Below, in pieces: positions 27,773 to 39,407 of a stretch of 64,000 nucleotides of DNA (positions are counted from its first letter, which is position 1; the number at the start of each line of letters is the position of its first letter). The stretch is from Azolla caroliniana (lineage: Eukaryota; Plantae; Polypodiophyta): assembly GCA_043228905.1 (NCBI GenBank), contig JBHGNT010000018.1:682001-746000 (forward strand), written 5' to 3'. A program made the translations under genes and the position numbers. The notes beneath the pieces were generated by a model, which saw only the letters and a list, made by a program, of their open reading frames with translations, was not told the origin of the DNA and ran no database searches.

Positions 27773-28378
27773 TCACACAGATACGGAAGGGTGAATGCAT
27801 AGATGTGGATCACGCAAACTGGGTTGTTTCAAGTTGTGTTGAAAAAGGAGGCTATGCCTACATATGGGGCAAGAGGAATGAGAAAGGAGCCATGGATCAA
27901 TACAATGGACATGGAAGGCATGGTAACAAGTAGGCATGAGTCTAAGAATGTCACCATGATTGAATTGGCACAAACATATACAACAATCTGAAGAAGACAA
28001 GTCTGAAGAACCACAAGGTGATGAAGATAAAGATGGAGAAGAATACGAAGATGAACCAGGCGCTTGCGAGATGGCTGAAGAGGAGAGGAGTGGATGCTCT
28101 TGGTAAATGATGGTAGGTAAGGACTGAACAATCCTCTGTTTGAGGCCAGTGTTGGCAAGCCGGATGTGCATGTCTCTACGGGATTCAAGGTTCATGAAAC
28201 GGAGCAAACACTTGGCTAAAGGGATGAGAGCCAAAATGAAAATTATGAAGAAGAGTAGAGATCCCACAATGATGACTGATCTCTGGTTCCATAATGTGTC
28301 ATTGCCAACAAATGATGAGGACGGTTCTAATGCCAACCTCCTGTGCTGTTGTATAATGGCAAGGTTCATACCACTCAT
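27773..28378 (-). CDS. ATL-family RING-H2 E3 ubiquitin ligase, intronless
   Basis: N-terminal TM helix ([20 protein letters not shown]), GLD-like motif [18 protein letters not shown]2 C.IC…[29 protein letters not shown]. First ATG at 28378. Confidence 0.92.
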   Translation of the reverse strand: MSGMNLAIIQQHRRLALEPSSSFVGNDTLWNQRSVIIVGSLLFFIIFILALIPLAKCLLRFMNLESRRDMHIRLANTGLKQRIVQSLPTIIYQEHPLLSSSAISQAPGSSSYSSPSLSSSPCGSSDLSSSDCCICLCQFNHGDILRLMPTCYHAFHVHCIDPWLLSHSSCPICRHSLLFQHNLKQPSLRDPHLCIHPSVSV

Positions 28379-29448
28379 CCCTCTCTCACAATAATGGACC
28401 TGTCTCTCCCTTCGAACATGTATCCAAATAATCTCTCTCTCTCTCTCCAACCACCAATGTACCTGTTGCTTAATGCCCCCTGATTAGTAGTAGAAAGTCT
28501 CTTTGCCTTTCATACACACAAAAAAGCTCTCAATCCCTTGCCATGGTTAAGTTTTGGCATTCATTCTATCCTTCATTTCTCCCTTCTGAAGTCACAATTT
28601 CCTCTCTCATCTCCCAAAACCCAAGAGAAGAATATCCCTCAACCCTAAAAGCGATTCCATCAAAGCATCTTTCTTGCATTCTGTTTGGCAAAAGCGATTC
28701 CTCTGACAGGATCTTCTTGAGCGTTTATTTGAATAAACACAAATACCAAGTACAAATGACTAAAAAGAAGAATTGAGTAATGAAGATTGCTTCTCTATTC
28801 GGCAAGGAATCATTCATTGCCTTCTCTTCAAGTTTAGCTTGATTAATAACCTTGTCATGCCCTTTCAACTGCAGCGGTCTAAGATCTAAATTCACTGTAT
28901 ATAACTAAAGGTATTATTCCAATCCCAGTATTAATTCTTGAAACACCAAACCAATACATATAATTCTGAAATTTATAATCAAAGACTCCAAAGCATTCGG
29001 CGAAGAATCCACCGATTCTCAAAAACTATTTAACTTTTACAATTCCAAAGTTAATTATTATATGGTATACTGCAAGGGTTCTTTTCACCATCATGGGCAG
29101 AAATCCAGGTATGCCTCAGAAAGATGGACTCCTTTTATAGATGCTGATGACCTTTAAAGAAGACCAATGGATAAAACTTTAAAGTTTCAACATTGACATG
29201 ACCATAATTTGAAATTGATATTTTCAATCACAAATTTACTATTGATTCATCGCTTTATGTGGGAGAAACTCAGGACCATTTAATAAAGAAAAACAAATCT
29301 AGAACACTGATTTAAAGCTTCAATAACGTACTTGTCTTTTGCATAACCTACACATAATATCACATATACGAGATTGTTGTACTAGTTTCTATTATAAAAC
29401 AGAAATTGTCTGGGCATCTTGCTTCAACGACTACAACATCATCATCAC

Positions 29449-31141
29449 CTAGTCATCTGATTTCTTCTCCAATTCCTTCCGTAGCTGCAGAGAGAAGTCA
29501 TCATTGACATCATCATCATCCCAATCATCTTCCCACTGCTGTAAAGCTTCTTTCTCTTCTTCTTCCTTATCCCAATCTGCAAAAGAATCGAGTTCTTCAG
29601 AACCTTGCTAGCCAAAACACAAGCATATGCACATCTTGAGGTTATCATAATGTTTATAAGCACATTATGGTTCCCCGTCAAGTTTGGCCAAGTTTTAGAC
29701 AAAGCAACATGCCAGAAATGCAAAATTCAAATGTATACGATATTCACAAAGTGAAGGACTTGTTCACAAAATGAACATTTCTTGAAAGATGAGTATGTAA
29801 AGAGTAACCTGCCTAGTAAGCTCTGATCAGACAATTATCATCAGGGAGTTGTGATCATTTCTTGCCTTCAAGTAAATATGACGTGAACCTGAGTTTATAC
29901 TCTTTACAAACTGAGGACATAAACTTATGGAAAAGGGAGAAATGGATGTGTCTTAGTTAATTGGATCAGAACTTGTGCAACCAAAATTTCGGTTTTTTTT
30001 CCAACTGGGTTAAGACAATATCTGCCTAGGAGTAGTTTGGTTTTTAAGCTAACTTGTTAAAAATGAAAAGGTTCAAACTTCATACTGAGTCCAATCCTTC
30101 TCTGTTAGCTGCTCTAAATAAGTCTTTGATCATTGCAGCTCACAAATAGAATAAAGAATTGCAGATCATGCATCTAGCCTTTTCCATTTTCATCACTCCT
30201 AAGTTTTCTCTATAAGTTAGAAACACAATACGCCACATGTAGTTTGCCAGGAAAAACTTTAGTCGCTATTTATACCTTTGTTAGTGAAATCACGTGATTG
30301 ATATACATCTAGATTAAGCTTGAAGTGTGTATACTGATTCCGAGATAAAATTCTGGAGAATTCAAGCACAATGAGGATTTTCTGTGTCAACTACAGCAGA
30401 AATTTCTGTAGCATGACTCTACCTTGAAAAATATATATAAAAGAAAGAAGAAATGCACCTATATTGGGTGCAATCCAACAAGGCCAGCATAGAACATTTC
30501 AAGTTCTACTGTGCTATCTAAGAAATGCAGGCGGTTTCTGGATTCCAAGACCTTCACACAAAGAAATTCCTGCAGTTTATCGCAACTCAGAAGAGCGATG
30601 AATCTTGCAAGACAAACTGAGTTATTTGAAGGAGAAAGACGACAGAACATCATTGTTTTTAGTAACGACAAGGAAATTTGAAGGGAGAAAAAGAGATAGG
30701 AATATCATCCTTCGCGATAAAAAAATACAGTGTTTGGAGGAAGAAAGAGAAGAGAGAATCATCCTTCTTGCTGAAAAAACACAGATCTTTGAATAAGAAT
30801 GTCATTCTTCTTGCTAAAGAATACAAAGCAAATCAGGAGAGAAATGATTCGTCTTTCCAAAGAGAACAAGAACTATAAAGGGAAGAAAGTAGAGAAGAAA
30901 AAAGAAAGCATAGAAGGTACAGAGGCGGGATCCTCCTCCTTGATTTCGAGAACGCAGAACGCAGAACGCAGAAGGAAGGGATGAAGAAAACCCTAAAAAA
31001 GAAAGAGAGAAGATGGAAGGGGAGCTTTTCAGGGCTACCTTCATTCTCGAATTCTTCAAACTCGTCATCATCCTCGAAGAGGTCGATCTTGGCGTCTTCA
31101 GCAGGAGGAGGAGGAGGAGGATCTTTGGTTACAGTGGCCAT
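29449..31141 (-). CDS. DSS1: DSS1/SEM1 (26S proteasome lid subunit and BRCA2 partner), 76 aa, 2 coding exons
   Basis: Exons 31141-31039 (…IDLFEDDDEFEEFENE) and 29576-29449 (DWD…QQWEDDWDDDDVNDDFSLQLRKEL). Confidence 0.95.
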
Positions 31142-31224
31142 GGCTGCGATTAAGACCTGTCTACTGCGGTTCTGCAGGTTCTTGGCTGCGATTCAGAGCT
31201 GTCTACTGCGGTTCTGCAGGTTCT
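31142..31224. repeat. 42 bp tandem duplication in the DSS1 5' UTR
   Basis: GGCTGCGATT.AGA.CTGTCTACTGCGGTTCTGCAGGTTCTT twice. Confidence 0.9.
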
Positions 31225-31346
31225 TCTCTGATGAGAGGAAGCTTCTTAAGAGAAATGGAGATCACCAGAAGGCGGCCATTGTATTGTATCACGCTCTCTC
31301 TCGCTCTCTCTCTGTCTGTCTAAATAACAATAAGGTCAGATCAACA

Positions 31347-31600
31347 TAGTATGAAGCATACGTACCATTCGTCCCTTCGCATTCTCTCACATTCGTATCA
31401 TTCGACTATGAGCAACACCCTCGATGTATGGTAAATCCCATACTTTTTCACTCGTTATTTATTATAGGGATTTGTTTTTTAGGGTAAGAAAGTTAAGGTA
31501 AAAAGTGCTAAAAAAAGAAACACAATAATGTTTTAATAGCATATGCATTCGTTTGATTACGTATGAAAACGAATGCTTGGCCTAACGAACGCGAATATTA
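31347..31600 (-). repeat. Dispersed repeat family R, copy 2
   Basis: Reverse complement reads AATAAATAACGAGTGAAAAAGTATGGGATTTACCATAC…GAATGCGAAGGGACGAATGGTACGTATGCTTCATACTA. Confidence 0.8.
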
Positions 31601-32049
31601 CGTATTGCCTGACTTAGAAGCCCTGCTTTTACGAAATTCTCAAACATACCCCTGCACACACATACATACATACATGATACACTACATATACAAACAAACA
31701 AAATACATACATACATACAAAATACGTATGTACGTACGTACCAAAATACATACAATGTATGTGTTTCTAGAATCCTAGAACATGCGCCTCACACTATAGT
31801 TAGTAGTATTGGAACCACTCTCTCAATTTTAATCGATCCATGTCATGCTAAGTCCTCCAACGAGATGACAAGAAGAGAGACTCCGAATGAGTATTGGTAT
31901 TGTCATAATTGTCGATCACGTCAAGCTTCCATGATGATGAACAATAAGACCAAGAGATCGAAACTTTTATTAATCACGCATCACATTTATTCAAGTTTGC
32001 ACTTTCTTGATTTTGCAACTTGCATGACAATCTTAATCTTGGCCCGATT

Positions 32050-32236
32050 AATTATGCTCCTTATTACTCTATATATATTTCTTGTCAATGTATTAGATGG
32101 CAATGTTCCTTATTACTCTATATATATATTACTTCATACATTTCTTGTTAATGTATTAGATGCCACTGCAGAATGTGGTGGGTTGAACCCATGACCTCAT
32201 GGTATCCATTACGCAACCTTACCAGCTAAGCTATAT
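32050..32236 (-). mobile_element. tRNA-derived SINE head
   Basis: Minus strand A-box TAGCTTAGCTGGT (32233-32221) and B-box GGTTCAACCC starting at 32189, 44 nt apart as in tRNA positions 8 and 52. No full cloverleaf. Confidence 0.65.
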
Positions 32237-32245
32237 CTATGTAGG

Positions 32246-32374
32246 GTCTATTTTTCTTTCATTTATTTTTATTTCTGATAATTCAGTACACATCCAATTA
32301 TGGTAACCAATTGCCTCATGGGCCAACTTTGGTCTTAGAGGACGTAAATATATCTTTATTTCTTTCTTTCTCTC
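32246..32374 (+). mobile_element. LINE-type 3' tail fragment matching the 3' end of the LINE at ~17420-17548
   Basis: CCAATTGCCTCATGGGCCAACTTTGGTCTTAGAGGACGTAAATATATCTTT vs CCAATTGTCTCATGGGCCAATTTTGGTCTTAGAAGACATTAATATATCTTT; both end in TTTC repeats. Confidence 0.85.
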
Positions 32375-32589
32375 GATGATGTACACACGAAAAGCCTTAG
32401 GAAGCAAGAGTGTGTTGTTTATATATTAGGTCAAGCCCTAAGTTTTACTGAATTCCAAAATAGCCCTACCACATATGTTCACTAAATTCCCCAAATACCC
32501 TTTGCATGTGTTGTTGAGACTCCAGACATATACTCAATTAAGTCATGGACTCTTTTTCAATGGATTTTCGAAGGTTCTGCTGCTACACA

Positions 32590-32818
32590 GTACGTAAAAT
32601 TCGTGTTCGCCTAGCATAACATACGTAGCATAACATTCTCGTGTGTGTTTTTTTCACCTTTTTTAAGGTTTTTTTCATTTTCCTAGGTTTATTTACCTCA
32701 TACATAATAAATAGTTAATCCAAAAGTATGGTATTTACCATTCTTTGGAGCGTGTTTACCATATACTAGAATGAGCATTCTCGAATGCGAAGGCACGTAT
32801 GGTACGTATGGTTCATAC
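32590..32818 (+). repeat. Dispersed repeat family R, copy 3
   Basis: AATAAATAGTTAATCCAAAAGTATGGTATTTACCATTC…GAATGCGAAGGCACGTATGGTACGTATGGTTCATAC. Confidence 0.85.
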
Positions 32819-32928
32819 ATTCAAACTTCTGCAGGCCAGCAATCATCTAAGGAGGCCCAAACTGAGAAAGGCTGGCTGTTCAGTTTTGCTTGAAGTGATT
32901 GCCTGTAGAATTTGTTGTATGTATTCAA

Positions 32929-32965
<37 letters not shown>

Positions 32966-33035
32966 TGCAGAGAAGTAGCATTAGAATTTTTATCGTCCAT
33001 AGTACTGCACTGCAGAGAGAAAGGAAGACCTGAGG

Positions 33036-36000
33036 ATGCCAGAGCTCCCAGAGGTAGAGGCTGCTCGGAAGGCTTTGTACCAGATTTGTTGTGGTAGGGT
33101 CATCGTTGAAGCTAGGGTAGCACAAGATCCCATCGTTATCCATGGTGTCACTCCATCCCTCCTTCAGGAATCGCTCACCGGACGCACCATCGTCGATGCT
33201 CGACGCAAAGGCAAGAACCTCTGGTTGCACCTCGATCACCGCCCTTGGCCCTCCTTCCAGTTTGGTTTGTACACATGCACACCCCACCCTCTCTCTCTCT
33301 CTTTCAATCTATCTTGTTGCAAACTTTTATGGATATATGGGTTGGATGAATCTATTTATGTATGTATGTATGTATGTATATATCACAGATGGAGATACAG
33401 ATGCAAATAGAAAGAGAGAGAGAGATTCAGGAAAATATCTACAATGACTAATGTTACTGCCCGCCGGACATGCCTAAATATGGCTTACCCCCTAGGGTAT
33501 AGCCCTGACATGATAAAAAGGAACAAAAAGAGAAGTATCTATGTGTAACCTAAGAAATGGCCCATCTGATCGAGTAGGATGCTACACCACAAAATATTAT
33601 TATATCATCCACAAGAACAGCTAGAGAAGTGTGATTAATAAATTACCTAAATCCTACTTTCTAAGTATTTACGTGAATGTTTACGGTAGTTAACTCGAAG
33701 AAAGTGTTTTATCAAGAGAACTGAATTTGGTTGGCTTGTAAATATATCCATCATAGGTGTGTCGAAAATGGATACATCCGCCTTCAATGTCGAGTGATGA
33801 TGACCCTTATATGGTGAGTAAAAGGTTCTTTGAGCCTTTGTCTAATTCAACCTACTCTCTGGGTGTCCCAAAATATAATTTCCTGATTATCAGTGACACC
33901 TTTGCATTACTTTGTTAGGATCCCAGATAGTGTCTCCTTTAGGATAGTACGTACAGTGAGGAGTGACAATGTTTGAAGAAATCATGGCAGGTCCTTTACC
34001 AAGGTCTAACATCATCGAGCTTCATATTCCATAATTTTGTGATATGGCTAAACCATCCTTCAAAAAGGCAATGATAAGCTCCCTTTCTTTCATAGTAGAC
34101 CATGCAATGGCAGACATAAGACGATGATATTTTCCTTTCATCATATTGTAGACTGCAATGCCAATCATGGTGCATCATTGAACACATCCTTGTGCTAGTC
34201 CCTTTAGTGGGAAAAATGTAATTAGCACAATATCATAGGCATATAAGAGAATGTGATAAAAATCCTGCAAGGTATGCCTTTGCCCTACCTAGTCTGAATA
34301 GGTAATTAGATATCTTACGATGTATGATCTTTTAGTGAGAATTGGCATCCCTATTTCCTGCAGAGGGACTAGCCATTACATCTCAGAGTCATTGGAAACA
34401 TGAAATTGAACTGATATCCTATCATATTGTGCATAAATTTCCTGCTGCATATTTCAAGGAACCAATTTATGTACGAGCCTAGCTCGTGATACTATGTCGA
34501 AGGCTTTTGTGCAACTCCACAAACTTCAAAGCAGCAATACATTCTCTTCGTCTGTGGTCAATCCTCTTAATAATAGCTCCAAGAGTTGAGGCCTACCTGA
34601 AACGACAAAATAATATGAAGAAATGTGAATACATGCGTTTTGAGTTTGCTTGATTCATTGTTTTGTTATATGGTTGTTTTTTCAATGTATGCATTCTCTA
34701 TTTGCATTTTCATGATATTTCTTTGTCAAATGAGTGCTTTGATGGCATGCAAATACTGATGCAGGTATGACAGGAGCTTTTTATATCGAGGGAAAAGAAG
34801 TTACTAAGTATAAACGGTAATTATGACAGGAAATTTAGATGATTTCTAATTGTTTGATACTATATTAAGGAAAAAACAAGTTTTACTCAGATCGAGAGGG
34901 GTTTACAGCAAGGATAAAGTAGGAGTAATCATGCCAATAGTTCTAGATTTGCTAGTTGTGTTCCAATAAAACATTGTGACAGGAATCCACTTGAATTGAA
35001 GTACAAGTATTATCCAAATGAGAGTTTTTACACCAAGTTCAAACACATACATAAGCGTAAGCAACATGAGCAAAGTTTTGTCTTGGGCAATAGTATGCTG
35101 CTCTATCTGCTGATTGTAACTGCTCCAAAAAGATGGTGTACTCTTGAATCCCCTGAGTATATAAAATTAATTAAGCAGGCTGGAAATGAAAACCTTGAAT
35201 AATGCAGGAGTTTAGGAGGTATTTCACAGTGCAACGAAGAAAAACAGTGTTCAGCTTTTTACTTTATAATCAGGCCTGTTACTCTCATGCTCCAACAATA
35301 ATATCTTATAGTTATCATGTTGCAGATCTGCTGTAAACGATAAAGAGGAGTGGCCTTCAAAGTTTTCGAAAGTGTTCTTTAAGGTAATGGATGACTTAAA
35401 TTAAACGCACTTAATGACCTTGTTCAAATGGCATAATGACAGCAATAGTATGCATGTATACCTTAATATCATACTTAAGAAACACAATGTCTTGTCTTTT
35501 CAGCTGGATAATGGTCTGGAAGTTTCGTTCACAGATAAAAGACGCCTTGCTCGGGTCAGGCTTTTAGAGGATGTGAGTGATCCTTTTCTTGTAATTGTTA
35601 CAATATATTCATGTCTTGAAAGCCTTCTTCATCATGCAGAGGCTTTTTATGGCCTTTATGTCTATGATTTAGAGTTGATGCCCAAACACTGCCTGGTGAT
35701 AGAGTAATCGAGTTTGTTATGTTTATAACTTAGGAAAAGGTTCGAAACCCTGTACGGGGTGTTATTGCAGATACATTATTGGTTTAGATGGAATTGTGGG
35801 TTTGAATGTGCCAACTCAGGTAAATGAAATGTTGTACTTCAGACATGGGAAACTGAAACTCGCCCTAGATAACAGGGAGCCATGAGAACAATCACTGGTT
35901 TGATAATCTCAATCCTTGGACTACACTGTCATAATATGAAATGTAAACCAACATGCCTTTATGTAGATTGTGCAATGGAAGGTACTACGTAGGTATATGG

Positions 36001-39000
36001 CAATGTGATACGTACAGGTGTATAGTGGATGTGGAGCTTTTACAATTTAGAGAAAATTATGTATTCGGATTCCTGATTGGAAATTTGACTATTGGACAGG
36101 GAACATTTCTATTGAGCTCATTATTCTGGGCCATCAACATTGATGGTGTTTGTCTTGCAGTTACTTCAATGAATAACTACCTACGCGGAACCCTGGAAAC
36201 TAGTGATATAGAAATATATGATTAGCAATGTTTAACGAAATAGATTTTATGAGTGTGAAGATTGACATTCTATGTGAAACCTTCTATTTCAATCATTAGT
36301 TGTTTTGTTTCTTATGTGAAAAGCAAAGGCATCAACATCTTCCTGGCATGATGGCAGTATATATTCTTCATATCTAAGAAATACCTTTGTTGTTAAACTT
36401 CTTGCTACAATAGTGATGTACGTTTATCATCAGCTCTTTATCCTATTGCTTTCTATGTGTGCAGCCAGCCTCAACACCACCAATTTCTGACTTAGGACCT
36501 GATGCATTCAATGAACTGCCAGATGAAGCTGCATTCACTAGCACTATATTGAAGAAAAAATGCTCAATTAAGGCTCTTTTACTTGATCAGGTTTGTTTCC
36601 TTATGATCTTCCCTGCTACAATTACTAAATATGTAAATATTTCTATGTATCATTATGATATTTCTATATCAACATCGTCTGTTCATTGAAATTTCTAATA
36701 TGTTGAACTGTTTGAAACTTATTCTACTGAGTGCAAACTTATTAAATGCACTCACTCAGTAGCATAAGTTTCAAATAGTTCGGCATACTTGATAAAAAAT
36801 GAAAGAGAGGAATGAATGATTGCAGGAGAGAAGGGATTTTATTGTAATCCCTTCTCTCCTGCAATCATTCATCCCCCTCTTTTTGTTTTTTTATCTCCTC
36901 TCCTCTCCTGTTGTAACCTACCTTTTATTCTGCCGCTGGTTATTATTGGAAAACTGGACATCAAATTTCAAAAATCACATTAATATATTTGTTGAATCCA
37001 ATTTCTGTTTACCTTATATATAAAGAAGCCATGTAGTACTAAATTAAAGAAGCTCTTGGCTATATATTGTACACTTCGCAAAATTTCTGCTGGAAAAAAC
37101 TGAACATTAGCTGAAGGTTGCTGGTAACCTGCTCCACAATTTCTATCCTAAGGCATGTTAGCAACATGTCTCAATGCGTTGTGTTTAGCGTAGCTTTAGC
37201 TTAAGCAAGGAAACTTACTATCTTTTCCACAGCTTCTGGAAGCTGCCCGTATTTCCTGTTATCGGGGTTATAATAATAGTCAATGGAAATGTGTATTATG
37301 TCATTCATGGCACTTTTTGAGTGTGGGGATGCTCCTCCATGATACATTGACATGAACCTTCTCTCTTAAGAAGTGCCAACCATCCCGTGCCAGAATATAT
37401 AGAATGGTAAATTTGGCATCTTATTGGTGCAATAAGACTTTCCTTCATGTTGGAAAAAGAATTGGCACGGTAGCTTGAGGTGAGAAATAAGGGCAATTTA
37501 ATCTGAGGTTTGAGAGAGATTTCTGAGGTCAAAATCATAATCTATAGCTAAATTCCGTAAAGGCTGAAGAAACTTTTCTTTCAGCCATACGGATTGTGTA
37601 GAGAATTTTGCACTGAATATATGGCTATTTGTAACTGTAATTATGCCACAGTCCTTCCCATCTGCAGCAGCAGGCATGTATTATGTCTTTTAGGTGCTGT
37701 GCTTCTCTTTAGAAGGGTACGCCTGAGCTATGATTTACAGTATATTGATGCAGGATTAATGTTATTCGGAATTACTGCCATCGACCTATATCTTATTTTT
37801 ATGTTAGGAGGTGAAAATCTTACCTTAATTGAATCTATCATAACAGAGTTTTCTTGCTGGAATTGGAAACTGGGTTGCTGATGAAGTCCTTTATCAGGTA
37901 TGTGAACGAAGTTCTTAGGGAATGTTGTGGCTTGAAATGAAGGTTAAATTTAAATGGTTTCTGTATTTTGTAATGATTGTATGTTGCTAGGCCAGAATTC
38001 ATCCTGAACAGGTAGCTGCAAATCTGTCTAAGGCTGATTGTGCAGGACTCCATAAAGCAATCGAGGAGGTGCACTCTTCTGTCACATATTTAAATGAATA
38101 GTGACATTTCTCCTCAGGTAACTTTTGTATGAGTTCATTGTATGCATGTTTCAGGTCATCAAATTTGCAGTAGAAGTGGATGCAGATAGTGAGAAATTTC
38201 CCGAAAGCTGGATTTTTCATAATCGCTGGAACAAGAAGGGAGGCGAAGTTGATGGTAAACACATGGCTAGTTGGGAAACATTGCTCAATTGTATTTTAGA
38301 TGAATTACTCATCAATTGTTGATGGCATTTTAATAAACATGTTTAATATTTGGTCTGCTCTCCATTTCAGGGAAGAAGATCGCATTTATAACTGTAGGGG
38401 GGCGGGTATGTATACTTTTGAGTTTTTAAGATCACATACACTGCTTCCTGGTCATAGTATGGCTCCTAAACAATCTACCACTGTAGTTTTTTTTCCTGAT
38501 CTAGGTTACCTTTCACTGGATACTTCAATGGGCTTCAGGTTCTGTATAATACCATGCTATGTCGTTAGTCTAAACATGAATGTTTCGTGGTTCTGTACAA
38601 AAATCTAAAGAAAATATTGATTTTGCTTTCATTCTTGTATTGCTTTTTGTTGTACCATTTCCAACCAAATATTTTTGTGCATCACATTTAAGAGACATTT
38701 TAATGTTCTTTCTTTTACTTTTTTTTCCTATACATAACACAGCTACATATCTCAGGGACCTCTTTTTTAGCTTGATGCAGACTTCTGCGTATGTACCAGC
38801 AGTCCAAAAGTGTACAACAAAATCTTCCAGGAAAGAGAACGGAGTTGTAAAGAATGAGGCTGGGGAAGATGAAGTGAAAAACAATACAGTAAATTCAACA
38901 AAAAAGAAGGGTAAAAAGGGATCTGAAAAACTTCCTGAAAACAGTGATAACAAGCTAGGAAAGCCAGCAAAATCTAAGAATGTGCTGAATCAAGCCAAGG

Positions 39001-39407
39001 AAGAGGAAGTGGAAGATAGTGCAACAGAAAATGCCAAGAAAAATAAACGTAAGGTAGTATCCGAAAAGAATATGGGAAAGGGTGGTGATGACAAGCATGA
39101 AGAGTCAGTGGAATCTACCAAAACCTCCGAGAAGGCAGAAAATAAAGATGCTGTGAAAGTGCGGGCATTAGTGGAGAAAGCCAAGGATAGCATGGAGCAT
39201 AGGAGTAAGAGTACTGATCGAAGCATAATTGATGAGACATTAACAAAAAAGAAACCATTGGAAAAGCAAACAGCTATGAAGTTATCGGAAGTGGCAGAAG
39301 AGGATGAAGCACAAAAAAACCCATCTAGAAATGTTGCTAAGATAAAAAAGGAGAGTCTTGGAGGTAAGAAAGGATTATCCCAAAAGAGAAGAAGGGCGGC
39401 GAAGTAA
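33036..39407 (+). CDS. FPG: Formamidopyrimidine-DNA glycosylase (MutM/FPG homologue), 10 exons, long K/E-rich C-terminal tail
   Basis: MPELPEVEAARK start, [57 protein letters not shown] (H2TH), ITVGGRTSAYVP. Exons 33036-33264, 34765-34816, 35326-35383, 35504-35572, 36465-36590, 37847-37897, 37991-38068, 38155-38254, 38371-38405, 38781-39407. Confidence 0.95.
36699..36787 (+). other. 35 bp-stem hairpin in FPG intron 5 (candidate pre-miRNA or mini-MITE)
   Basis: TATGTTGAACTGTTTGAAACTTATTCTACTGAGTG pairs with CACTCAGTAGCATAAGTTTCAAATAGTTCGGCATA, with 3 G:U pairs and 1 mismatch. Confidence 0.85.

Noticed and set aside
28379-28450. N-terminal extension of the ATL ORF
   Set aside because: Non-ATG start within a GA microsatellite 5' UTR.
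32160-32240. Possible tRNA gene
   Set aside because: A and B boxes are present, but there is no acceptor or anticodon stem; SINE-like instead.
33036-39407. Bacterial-like mutM as recent horizontal transfer
   Set aside because: It has nine spliceosomal introns and the plant-type zinc-less C-terminus, so it is the normal plant FPG.
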